IMG/VR virus record: IMGVR_UViG_3300045988_155182 | Length of the DNA: 64,000 bases | Reading direction: 5' to 3' (one strand) | DNA from: a virus | Lineage: Duplodnaviria; Heunggongvirae; Uroviricota; Caudoviricetes | Shown: positions 10,213-19,273 of the stretch, one piece after another | Position numbering within the stretch: the stretch's first letter is position 1 | How the letters are laid out: every line of letters starts with the position of its first letter | Made by a program: the position numbers and the translations under genes | Notes under the pieces: generated by a model | Database searches by the model: none | Seen by the model: only the letters and a program-made list of their open reading frames with translations | What the model was told of the DNA's origin: nothing

Positions 10213-10361
10213 TTCCATACATCTCATTAGCTTTTATGGGTGGCTTCCTTGTCGGCTTCGGCATCTGTCGTGATTTAATTAAGCAGGAACTTAAAACCAA
10301 AACACTGTGCATCGGAAAGCGTGTGTATCGGGTAGTTCATGAAACAAAGGTTAGAAAATGA
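10209..10361 (+). CDS. Hypothetical small membrane protein (50 aa, below the ORF-track cutoff)
   Basis: ATGATTCCATAC... encodes MIPYISLAFMGGFLVGFGICRDL...; coupled to neighbours by overlapping start/stop codons. Confidence 0.25.
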   Translation: MIPYISLAFMGGFLVGFGICRDLIKQELKTKTLCIGKRVYRVVHETKVRK

Positions 10362-10648
10362 GCAATTTAACTTCTTGGGACTGGTGGTTGGCCACCTATT
10401 TCTTAGCGGCCGGAGTCGCATTCGCCTTTTACGTAGGTCAGTTAGTCGTAAAACTGCTGCTGATTAAATTTGCCAGTCATAAACGTATCGATGATGGTCT
10501 GTGGCGTCTTGGCACCCTGGTGGAAACTCGCTACGGGCAACTTAAGGAGAACGAAACCATTACTATCCAAGCGAAACGATTCACTGCCACCATCACAAGA
10601 ACACCTAGTCGTAGAGTGGCCTTGATCAAAAAAGTCACAACCGAATAA
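10358..10648 (+). CDS. Hypothetical membrane protein
   Basis: 96 aa with a hydrophobic N-terminal segment (WDWWLATYFLAAGVAFAFYVGQLVV). Confidence 0.3.
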   Translation: MSNLTSWDWWLATYFLAAGVAFAFYVGQLVVKLLLIKFASHKRIDDGLWRLGTLVETRYGQLKENETITIQAKRFTATITRTPSRRVALIKKVTTE

Positions 10649-10649
10649 A

Positions 10650-11426
10650 ATTACAATGATAAGTATTTACTTACTTATCTTTTATGTATAAGATGACTTT
10701 GTTTTCGTTGAGACGCGACTGTTTGAACTTAAATACAAGTGCAAACGAAGAAGTCTATCTGGCAGTAGCCTAATAAGCCAAACACCAGCGAGGTCAGTTT
10801 CCAGCCTCGTTACCGAAATGGGATACACTGAGCGAGTGTGATTACAGAACGCAGGAGGGAACATGAATGTTCCCTCCGATGAAGTAACAGAATGGGCGGT
10901 TGGTATATTTTCAACTCCATATGACTCCCGGATTCTTAGCCACTGACCGCCCATCCTGTTACGTCATTTTGTTCAATTATGTCGTTTATACTGGGTTAAA
11001 AAGCGGCGACGTAGCCCGGCTGGTATGGTTAGCCAGCACACAACGTTGAGGCCATTACATTTTTATCAATTCTAAGGTTCTATTCACAGAGATACCGGCG
11101 AGCGTTGATATGTAACATGTTGGGCAAACATTCAATCGGAGTAGTGGCCTCAACGTTGTGAAGACAGGATTGTTGTGTAGGTTTAACCACTGTTGCCATT
11201 GGTGCCTGTTTTCACAACAAATGATTCCATACATCACATTGTATAAATTACAAAGTAGGTGCTGTCCTCAGAAACATCATCTACTTAAAGAGTTTGCCTT
11301 CTACTATTGAGCGAAGTCGAAAGCGTCTGGCACTAACGAAAAGTGCAAGTAGCGGTGCGTTTCCTGGCAGAAACTAAACCGTCGCGATTGGCACTGTTGA
11401 GTAATGAATACAGGCAGTGCTGAATT
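10650..11426. other. ORF-poor structured region upstream of the tRNA cluster (candidate ncRNA or processing region)
   Basis: No convincing ORF in ~780 bp; several long inverted repeats including a 20-bp pair at 11037-11056 / 11141-11160. Confidence 0.3.
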
Positions 11427-11501
11427 GATGGTGTAGCTCAGCGGTAGAGCAGTTGGCTGTTAACCAACTGGTCGGTGGTTCGAATCCACCCACCATCGCC
11501 A
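11427..11501 (+). tRNA. tRNA-Asn (anticodon GTT)
   Basis: Cloverleaf by eye: acceptor gatggtg/caccatc, D-arm gctc...gagc, anticodon loop ctGTTaa, T-arm ggtggTTCGAATccacc, encoded CCA. Confidence 0.85.
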
Positions 11502-11503
11502 AT

Positions 11504-11579
11504 GCCGGTTTAGCTCAGTTGGTAGAGCGCCTGCCTTGTAAGCAGGATGTCAGCGGTTCGAGTCCGTTAACCGGCACCA
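11504..11579 (+). tRNA. tRNA-Thr (anticodon TGT)
   Basis: Acceptor gccggtt/aaccggc, anticodon stem-loop cctgc-cttGTaa-gcagg (anticodon TGT), T-arm agcggTTCGAGTccgtt, encoded CCA. Confidence 0.85.
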
Positions 11580-11803
11580 ATACAACGATAAGATCATTAC
11601 GGTTAATCGTCGTTCATGTGCACAATGACTGGTCGAAAGGTAGTGATCTTACCGTTGTGGTGGATTCGCAGACTGATGCGATAGCTTTCTTGGATGTTAG
11701 GGAAATGCGGCCGCAAATCTTCCCTTTCGCGAGCGGTGATCGTCCGTAGTCCTAATTGGCTGCACCGTATGCCGGAGATTCAGTACCGGCCACCACAACG
11801 GCC

Positions 11804-11890
11804 GGAGAGTAGGGAGCATGGTGCTCAAGCGGTCTTGAAAACCGTCCCATTGCGCAAGCGATGATGGTTCGATTCCATTACTCTCCGCCA
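11804..11890 (+). tRNA. tRNA-Ser (anticodon TGA), type II with long variable arm
   Basis: Acceptor ggagagt/actctcc, anticodon loop cTTGAaa, long extra arm, T-loop GGTTCGATTCC, encoded CCA. Confidence 0.75.
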
Positions 11891-12045
11891 GACACAGCGT
11901 TGAGCGGTTTGGCCTTTTAATCAACTCGATTAAGACTCCGCTAACATAAACCAGACCGCTCAACGCTGTGATAGACAATTACGGCAGACGTTCTTAACCA
12001 TAGCTTGCTAACATCCTAGCAACACTTTTTTAAGCGCAAAATCCA

Positions 12046-12068
12046 AAGGGGCTTCGGCCCCTTTTTTG
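12046..12068 (+). terminator. Rho-independent terminator after the tRNA cluster
   Basis: aaaggggc ttcg gcccc followed by ttttttg. Confidence 0.6.
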
Positions 12069-12977
12069 TTAATGATTGCCTAGATATGATTTTAGTTCTT
12101 CTTTAATGATTAGTGAGTATTCTAAAATATCACTTAGTAAAAATTTTGCTCTGTTAAAATACCCACCAAAAGAACCTAAAATTTCAGATGGTCTTTCTAA
12201 GAGCATCACAATATCATCTTCTTGCACTTTAGTAATGTAACTTCTAACAGCTCTTTCTCCAATAACTCTTTTCTTACCGTTTATTTCAGATTCATCTAAA
12301 ACCTTATTTATAAATTTTTCTGTATCATTGAATCGTCCACTATTGTGTACTATTGTATGTCTTAGTAGTTCAATTAGCTTGATGTTAAAGCGATAGTTTT
12401 TGCCAATCTTGTTGTTTGTTTCTATCTCTTTGAAGCCAGGTATTTTATTTCTGAAAATTTTAGTTATTTTTTTCGATGGGTTACTTTTTGCTTTTAATAA
12501 TCTGTAATAAACTTCCCTTTTCCCAATTTCATCATCTTCAACCTTACCAAAATCACTTGAGGACCATAAATCATTTCGAACACATACAGTATAGACATAT
12601 ATTGCCTCAATATAGTCTTCCAGTAACTCATAGGCTTCAGTAATAACCCACTGATATTGTTTATTTTTCAAAGTATTACACAATCTTATCTTTTCTTCTA
12701 AATCAATGGCGCTGTTACCTATCTCTAATGTTGAACCTGTATATGGGTTTGAACATAAATGGCGAGCTAACGTTGTGCCACACTTAATCTTAATAGTTTC
12801 ATTAATATTAATAATAGTATCTGGATTCTGTGCATACTCCACTTCTTTAAGAAGACGTTTTATATTTTTCTTTGTTGTATCATTTATCTGATTTAAATAG
12901 TCAAAAAGTAAAGATATTTCTTCTCTAAATTCGTTGTATTTATTTTCAATCAAAGAATCAGACAACTTACCAATCAT
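12069..12977 (-). CDS. Hypothetical AT-rich protein; possible HEPN-type Abi-like protein
   Basis: 302 aa; the only sizeable minus-strand gene in this segment; strongly AT-rich codon usage; Rx4H motif (RHTIVH) near the C-terminal third; AT-rich upstream region at 12978-13150. Confidence 0.4.
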   Translation of the reverse strand: MIGKLSDSLIENKYNEFREEISLLFDYLNQINDTTKKNIKRLLKEVEYAQNPDTIININETIKIKCGTTLARHLCSNPYTGSTLEIGNSAIDLEEKIRLCNTLKNKQYQWVITEAYELLEDYIEAIYVYTVCVRNDLWSSSDFGKVEDDEIGKREVYYRLLKAKSNPSKKITKIFRNKIPGFKEIETNNKIGKNYRFNIKLIELLRHTIVHNSGRFNDTEKFINKVLDESEINGKKRVIGERAVRSYITKVQEDDIVMLLERPSEILGSFGGYFNRAKFLLSDILEYSLIIKEELKSYLGNH

Positions 12978-13150
12978 TAAAACCTCTATAAAATGTACAT
13001 TTCAAGGCAATCCTTACTGTAATCTATTGTCGTAATCACTTCAATTGTTTACTAGTCAATCAATAAGTTACTACATACTTATCAAAAAAATCTGTTTGTA
13101 GTATAGTCTGATATGTTCGAATCAATATTTATAAAGGTATTTGTTAAGTT

Positions 13151-13396
13151 ATGACGATCACTATCTACGGACGAGATAACTGCTCATACTGCAAACGTGC
13201 GGTCGAGCTGGCGAAGCAACTAAAGGGACATGGCTACGGTGATTATGAGTACATCGACATCACCACTGCCGGTATCGACAAGGAAAAACTAAGTGAAATT
13301 GTTGGTAAACCGGTAGAGACTATCCCCCAGGTGCTGATCGATGGCCAGCCGATTGGCGGATACACAGAACTGGCTGCATACGTCAGCACCCTCTGA
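13151..13396 (+). CDS. Glutaredoxin (Grx1/NrdC-like reductant for ribonucleotide reductase)
   Basis: CSYC active site (CxxC), KPVETIPQVLIDGQPIGGYTEL closely resembles E. coli glutaredoxin 1. Confidence 0.85.
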   Translation: MTITIYGRDNCSYCKRAVELAKQLKGHGYGDYEYIDITTAGIDKEKLSEIVGKPVETIPQVLIDGQPIGGYTELAAYVSTL

Positions 13397-13401
13397 TTTT
13401 A

Positions 13402-13427
13402 ACGGCTCACAGGAGCCGTTTTTATTC
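13402..13427 (+). terminator. Rho-independent terminator after the glutaredoxin gene
   Basis: acggctc acag gagccgt followed by ttttatt. Confidence 0.6.
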
Positions 13428-13606
13428 CCACCAAACTCACTCCCATTTCCCTTAAAATTCAAAAAACAACGTCAAAATGATTCCATACCTACTATGTATG
13501 GAATCATTGCTGAAAATGAGTTACTTTTACTCTTGATCCTATAAGAATCTATGCCTAATATACTGTTTACTTATACAGTGCATCGGCGTAACTCGGTGAT
13601 TGTCAT

Positions 13607-14710
13607 ATGAAAAATAGCTTTGACAGAGCACGCGCTGCGGAGAACACCTCAAAAGAGGCGATAGAGTATCTCGAAAGAGCATCTCAAATGCAGGCCGTTA
13701 TGATCTCCCAGGTCAGCAATGACATGAGATTCTCGGACGCATTCATGTTATTCACTCGCTTATCTCTGCTGATAACCAGACGTCGGCCAGAGATCGCTGT
13801 TCATTGTATTTTGATACATGTTTTGCCGCACATTGCCGATGTAAAAGTAAGTGACATTAATAGGTTCATGGTGAACCAACTGGTCAACCCACTAATACTG
13901 GATGGCAAAATTGTTATGGGCCGCCGCGTTTTCTCTCTGATGAAGCAGTTCCTTAGCTGGTGCGCCTTCCAGGGGATGATAGACGTGTCACCGTTGAACG
14001 ATATGTCACTTAACAAAGTTGCCGGTGGCGCAAAGCCCACACCTCGCGAGCGGAAGCTGACCGACGCAGAGGTATGGGTGTTCTGGAATATATGGGACTA
14101 CTTCAATGTGTGTGCTGGTACAAAATGGGCGGCCAGGCTATGTCTTGTATCCGCAAGACGACCTGACGAAGTACTGCGGGCTAAAAAAAGTGAGTTCAAT
14201 CTTAAGCGTGGGGTTTGGAATCAAGGCAAGAGGAACAAATCTGCCCGTGAGCATTCTCTGCCTTTAAGCTCATTAATGCGCACTTGTATTGAAGAGTTGT
14301 TCGAATATGGTAAAGACAGCCAGTGGCTCGTGCCTTCGAATAAAAAAATCGGGAAAGACCTTCCTATGTCTAAAGTGGCAATAGCCCAGGCATTACGTCG
14401 TATTCTGGAACGACCAGAACTGATGGAGCTTGAGCCATTTACACCCCGAGATTTGCGCCGTACTGCGCGTAGTTACTTCCCAGCATTAGGCATAAGCCAG
14501 GAGGTATCACGTAAAATCATGAACCACAGTCTTGAGGGGATAGATCGGGTCTACGACCGGCACGATTATATGGACGAGATGCGAGACGCCTTAGAAAGTT
14601 TCTCGACGTACATCGCATCAATCGTAGAGCAACCGGATTTAGACGAAATTGACCACAAATTTAAGGGAGATCGTCTATCAACAGAGCTTATTCGTGTAAA
14701 TTTTTCATAG
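13607..14710 (+). CDS. Tyrosine recombinase (integrase or Cre-like resolvase family), divergent
   Basis: C-terminal catalytic region with RRPDEV..., TPRDLRRTARSYF (R in place of the usual H of HxxR) and NHSLEGIDRVYDRHDY (box II with the tyrosine); N-terminal third not recognisable. Confidence 0.6.
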   Translation: MKNSFDRARAAENTSKEAIEYLERASQMQAVMISQVSNDMRFSDAFMLFTRLSLLITRRRPEIAVHCILIHVLPHIADVKVSDINRFMVNQLVNPLILDGKIVMGRRVFSLMKQFLSWCAFQGMIDVSPLNDMSLNKVAGGAKPTPRERKLTDAEVWVFWNIWDYFNVCAGTKWAARLCLVSARRPDEVLRAKKSEFNLKRGVWNQGKRNKSAREHSLPLSSLMRTCIEELFEYGKDSQWLVPSNKKIGKDLPMSKVAIAQALRRILERPELMELEPFTPRDLRRTARSYFPALGISQEVSRKIMNHSLEGIDRVYDRHDYMDEMRDALESFSTYIASIVEQPDLDEIDHKFKGDRLSTELIRVNFS

Positions 14711-15091
14711 AGACTTTATGGCCTCAACAACCTTTTGTGATGCGCCTTTCTCTTTACCGAATCGCTCGTTATATGCAGCAAGAACCTGTTTTTCGTCCTC
14801 GTTAAGAGGAGCAGTGCCTTCTTTGTATAAAAATGCTGCGAGTTCGGGTTGGCGTTCTTCCAGCACCATCATCATAAGACGACTTGGCTCAATGCCCAGT
14901 GCCAGCGCCAGCGGACGAACCTTATCGATAGGCAAAGGAATTTTGCCGCTTTTAATTAAAGAAAGGTTGTTGGCGTTTTTATACCCAATTGTTTTGGCTA
15001 TCTGGGCCTGGCTCATAGGTGAGGATTCAATCAACCCTGCGATAAAAGCAGCGTAGCGACTTTCTATAAATTCAATCTTGTTATCAGACAT
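14705..15091 (-). CDS. HTH (XRE/Cro-CI-like) transcriptional regulator
   Basis: N-terminal helix-turn-helix MSQAQIAKTIGYKNANNLSLIKSG; convergent with and overlapping the 3' end of the recombinase gene. Confidence 0.6.
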   Translation of the reverse strand: MSDNKIEFIESRYAAFIAGLIESSPMSQAQIAKTIGYKNANNLSLIKSGKIPLPIDKVRPLALALGIEPSRLMMMVLEERQPELAAFLYKEGTAPLNEDEKQVLAAYNERFGKEKGASQKVVEAIKSL

Positions 15092-15342
15092 GGTTACAAC
15101 CTTTGCGCGTTCAATTCTCTCTGGTAAGTGCTTACCGATATTACATCAAAGGTTAGGGTTGTAAAGCTATTATCATTTTTTTCGATAGGCACTTAAAAGA
15201 CCGGTTAAAGGCCATTGCACGGAGAAAAATTAGCCCAAAACAGGTAAGAAAATCAACTTGCATATGATATGAATGTATTCAGTATTGATACAAATTTTAG
15301 TAGTATTCCTTACCATAGTATAAGTTAGAATGGATTGATTGA

Positions 15343-15555
15343 ATGAACACCACTATTTCCAGCCTAATCGCTCTTGAGATCGGACACGTACAGAAATTAG
15401 CTGATGAGTGTGTAGCTGACATCCTCACCGATCTACCGAATGAGCAGATTCAGGTTGGTGTGAATGACACAACTGGATTTATATTCGAACTTAACAACAA
15501 ACGCTTCACGCTTCTCAATACCGGCTCCGGGTCTTTAGCCGTCAGAATCTGTTAA
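15343..15555 (+). CDS. Hypothetical small protein
   Basis: 70 aa ORF with ATG start between the regulator and the vWA gene. Confidence 0.25.
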   Translation: MNTTISSLIALEIGHVQKLADECVADILTDLPNEQIQVGVNDTTGFIFELNNKRFTLLNTGSGSLAVRIC

Positions 15556-15653
15556 CCCCTCTTCTCCCTGCGCGAATGGCTTAGTTCCCTGTTCGCGCAG
15601 TGCTACATTAAACACACTAGTAAATAATTTGTTTTCATAACAAAGGATTAGCC

Positions 15654-17762
15654 ATGTCTAAAAAACGTTCCATCAAAGAGGTTCAGGACTTCCGTGACAG
15701 TGTAAAACGAGTAGTCGCTCTCCTTTCAGGTAAAAACATCCCTGTTGCAGAACGAGGGGACGACGCTTATGTACGCTATAACGATGATGGAGAGCCAATT
15801 CTCGTAAACATCCCATCAATCCCGGATAACGCAACACCGGCATTGATGAATGCTGTGCGCGGATTTCTCGATCATGAGGTTGCTCACATTTTGTTTACCG
15901 ATATTCGTGTGTCCAACAAAATGAGAGAAAAAGGACGCGTTCCTTCCTGGTCGCTATGGAATGCCTTAGAAGACGTGTTCATCGAGCGAAAAATGGGTCA
16001 GGTCTTTAACGGAACAAGACGTAATCTGATGGCAACTCAGCGCCTTATAATCGAAAAAGTCTTTAAACCAAAGGCTTCAGAGGCTATTGCTTATTGTGGC
16101 AAAGATCAGCGCGCGCTTTTTCTAAACTTCTTTCTCTGTCCGGTTGTAAGAGCCTGGGATGGCCAAGCACCGTTCGTAGACTTCATGGATGAATATTGGC
16201 CTGTCATTGAGAAACCAATTTCATTATTAAAAGAACATGGTATCGATGTGGCCGTGCGTAACATGTCTTGCACCGAGGATTGTGTAAAGGTGGCTGCGAC
16301 CATAGCTAAGATCCTCAAAGACACTGAAAGTGAAAGCAAAGGTAAGGAGTCAGCTCCGGGAAAAACTTCCGATCCTTCAGACGCTGACCAGACGGATGCC
16401 TCTGGAGAAAACAATGAAGACAACGAAGATCATGAGACACCCTCATCGTTAGATAATCACAAATCTATTAAATCAGAGTCACATAGTAAGTACAAACATG
16501 ATAATAACGACAGTGATGACTCAGATAATCCTGAATCATCAGAAACAATATTCGATGATACAGAAAATGATAAAGCGGTATCAGATTCTGATGCTTCTGA
16601 TAACGCGGCGTCAGAATCATTAACCGCTGACCACGAAAAAAGAAAAACGACAGAAGACGGCTCTTCAGACATTCCAACTCCGTCAAAAATGAGTCTGGAA
16701 GAGGCTTTAGAGGAGTTGGATAGCATGGAAGATGAAGTCGGAGGCATGACAGAAGATGCGCTATCCGAAACGATTAAAAGCGAGTTAACAGAAAGCTCGA
16801 AAAGCGAATACAGGCCATACAATCGCTCATACGACTTCATCGGCTCGATTGATCAGGCAGAAGCCCATATCAAACGGCTTATTAAAACATTCTCCGATAT
16901 TGATTTAGGTGGATATCCAATCAGCCGTTATCGCATCGTTCCTGAAGGCAACCAACTCTTCGACAAATATATTGAAAAGCACCTTTCGTCAGGTGTTTCG
17001 TCGACGCTGGCAAAAGACCTGGAACGTGCAATAGCAAGCAGAAACAGAGTTCAGTTTATACCTGGCCAGCGTCGGGGGCGCATTCATGGTTCAAGTATCT
17101 ACAGATTAACAATGAATGATGATCGCGTGTTTCGTAAAAAAGAAGAATCTAAAGCCGTTAACGCCTGTGTTCAACAAGTGATTGATTTATCGGGTTCAAT
17201 GAGTGGCGAAACGATAAAACTAGCTCTTGCAAGTGCATATACCATCGCCGATGCACTTGATCGAATAAATGTTCCCAACATTATCACCGGCTTCACTACA
17301 TTTGGCAGTCATATGGCAGCAGGAGAACTTAAGGCTATCAAATATGAGTTCTCTCGCTTTGAATCTTTAATGCTACCTATCATCAAAAATTGGAATGAAA
17401 AAGCAAATTCTCGCGAAGTTCGCTCACGTATGGGGTGCGTAGGCTACACATTCCCACTTCTTAATAACGTGGATGGTGAAAGCATAGCCAGCCTTGCATC
17501 GTTATTTTCCGGTCGCTTGGAGGACAGGAAGATCATGCTTGTTCTGAGCGATGGCGCGCCGTGGGCTGTTGGGAGAGGTTTTGACGCCCATTTGCGGTCG
17601 GTTACGAAGCAAATTGAAACGCAGACTGACATTGATTTGATGGCAATTGGCATCATGACTGATGCACCGGAGAGATTTTACGCAAATCATGCCCTGGTAA
17701 CTAGTGTTGATAGTCTTGGTTCATCTGTAGTTACTGAACTATCTCGTATCATTTTGAAATAA
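15654..17762 (+). CDS. vWA-domain protein (CobT-like) with a long acidic S/D/E-rich disordered insert
   Basis: MIDAS-type DxSGS motif (VIDLSGSMSG) in the C-terminal half; ~150 aa low-complexity acidic region (DSDDSDNPESSE...); paired with the downstream AAA+ gene. Confidence 0.65.
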   Translation: MSKKRSIKEVQDFRDSVKRVVALLSGKNIPVAERGDDAYVRYNDDGEPILVNIPSIPDNATPALMNAVRGFLDHEVAHILFTDIRVSNKMREKGRVPSWSLWNALEDVFIERKMGQVFNGTRRNLMATQRLIIEKVFKPKASEAIAYCGKDQRALFLNFFLCPVVRAWDGQAPFVDFMDEYWPVIEKPISLLKEHGIDVAVRNMSCTEDCVKVAATIAKILKDTESESKGKESAPGKTSDPSDADQTDASGENNEDNEDHETPSSLDNHKSIKSESHSKYKHDNNDSDDSDNPESSETIFDDTENDKAVSDSDASDNAASESLTADHEKRKTTEDGSSDIPTPSKMSLEEALEELDSMEDEVGGMTEDALSETIKSELTESSKSEYRPYNRSYDFIGSIDQAEAHIKRLIKTFSDIDLGGYPISRYRIVPEGNQLFDKYIEKHLSSGVSSTLAKDLERAIASRNRVQFIPGQRRGRIHGSSIYRLTMNDDRVFRKKEESKAVNACVQQVIDLSGSMSGETIKLALASAYTIADALDRINVPNIITGFTTFGSHMAAGELKAIKYEFSRFESLMLPIIKNWNEKANSREVRSRMGCVGYTFPLLNNVDGESIASLASLFSGRLEDRKIMLVLSDGAPWAVGRGFDAHLRSVTKQIETQTDIDLMAIGIMTDAPERFYANHALVTSVDSLGSSVVTELSRIILK

Positions 17763-17857
17763 TTAAAACAGCCTTAATGATAAGTAACTACTTATCATAG
17801 TTAATGGTATATTTATATAAGAACTTGAACGCTCATTAGAGAACAAAGGAAAAGCGC

Positions 17858-19093
17858 ATGACTACTACTGCACTGCAAAATGATAAAAATCCTTCTGATT
17901 ACCTTGTTTGCAAGTGGTGCGGCAAATCATTTCACTATTTTAAGTCCCATGTAGCCAATGGTAATTGCGAGGGCATTCCTGAGTCAGTAAAAAATGCCGA
18001 TCCTGACACCGTACTGAAAATGTACACAACGCAGTTTCCAGATGAACCAACGCTATCGAAAAAGGCACTTGATGCAATTCAAGCTAAACGTGCCGAGCAA
18101 AAAAGCGAAATGGCGAAATCTTCTGGCTTGACCAGTAGCCCAGGCTACACAGGCACAGTTGAGTACAAGACAGATCTGGTCGCAGCTCACGAACTGCTAA
18201 ACGTAACGGTGGAAGAACTCGGAACAAAACGTGGGACGCCGCTCATGGTTAGCGTCAACGTCAATACGCCGTATCCAGAGTTCGTTCCAGAAGTGAAGAA
18301 GGGCTACGTATATGGCGACTTCGAACTGATCAAAGATATTTTCATGATGCTTGAACTTGGCATACCTGGCTATTTGTGGGGTCATGCAGGAACAGGCAAA
18401 TCGTCATTGCCTACACAGCTATGTGCTTTGCTCAATCGTCCGTTGATCCGTGCCCAACATACAGCATCAATGGAAGAGGCACATGTTACGGGGCAAATTC
18501 TGGCGCGTGATGGCTCTACGTATTTCGAGCCTGGCTTGCTTGCGCTCGCAATGAAGCATGGCTGGGTTTACCTCGCGGATGAATACGACTTTGCGTTTCC
18601 ACAAATTCTTGGCGTGTATCAGCCAGTGCTGGAAGGTGAGGCGTTGGTCATCAAAGAGGCAACTCCAGAATGGCGTCGCATTACTCCGCATGAACGGTTT
18701 GCTTTCATTGGCACTGGCAACACAAACGGTTCTGGTGATGAAACCGGCTTGTACCAGGGTACAAACATCCAGAACGCCGCGAACTTTTCGCGTTTTGGCA
18801 TCGTTTCGAATGTGAAATACATGAGCAAAGAGGCAGAGATCAACATGTTGATAAATGCCGGTATCGTGGATGAATACGCAGAAAAGATGGTTAAGTTTGC
18901 CGGTATCGTTCGCGATGGATACGAAGAACACCTTATCAGTCAGCCAATTGGCCCTCGTGAACTTTTGTTGTCGGCCAAGATTGGAATGATGCGAGGCGAC
19001 TTTGTGACAGGTATTGAGCGTTCTTTCATTAACAAACTCCCTTCAGCTTCTGCACAAGCGGCTCGTGAAGTTGTTCAAAAAATATTTGGTTAA
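17858..19093 (+). CDS. AAA+ ATPase (CobS/MoxR-like)
   Basis: Walker A GHAGTGKSS, Walker B VYLADEYDFA; gene pairing with the vWA protein is typical of CobS/CobT-like phage pairs. Confidence 0.7.
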   Translation: MTTTALQNDKNPSDYLVCKWCGKSFHYFKSHVANGNCEGIPESVKNADPDTVLKMYTTQFPDEPTLSKKALDAIQAKRAEQKSEMAKSSGLTSSPGYTGTVEYKTDLVAAHELLNVTVEELGTKRGTPLMVSVNVNTPYPEFVPEVKKGYVYGDFELIKDIFMMLELGIPGYLWGHAGTGKSSLPTQLCALLNRPLIRAQHTASMEEAHVTGQILARDGSTYFEPGLLALAMKHGWVYLADEYDFAFPQILGVYQPVLEGEALVIKEATPEWRRITPHERFAFIGTGNTNGSGDETGLYQGTNIQNAANFSRFGIVSNVKYMSKEAEINMLINAGIVDEYAEKMVKFAGIVRDGYEEHLISQPIGPRELLLSAKIGMMRGDFVTGIERSFINKLPSASAQAAREVVQKIFG

Positions 19094-19273
19094 TCGTGCG
19101 TAAAGGATGTTTCGGCTCTCTTATCGCTGCTTCTGAAACTGGCAAGGCTTGTCTGGGGTGTCCAGACAAGCCCGATTGTCACCAATCAGCAAAAGAAGTT
19201 GCGATTTCGATGTATGGGAAGTTCGTAGGCTTCCCCAATGACAAAATCAAAAAAACCAGAAAGGTAAAAACAC

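Noticed and set aside
10682-11237. Two minus-strand ORFs (90 aa and 60 aa) in the region upstream of the tRNAs
   Set aside because: They lie in a hairpin-rich non-coding region with no RBS and odd composition; more likely chance ORFs across structured RNA or DNA.
11453-11749. 98-aa ORF on the plus strand
   Set aside because: It is a translation straight through the tRNA-Asn and tRNA-Thr genes; the RNA genes explain the sequence.
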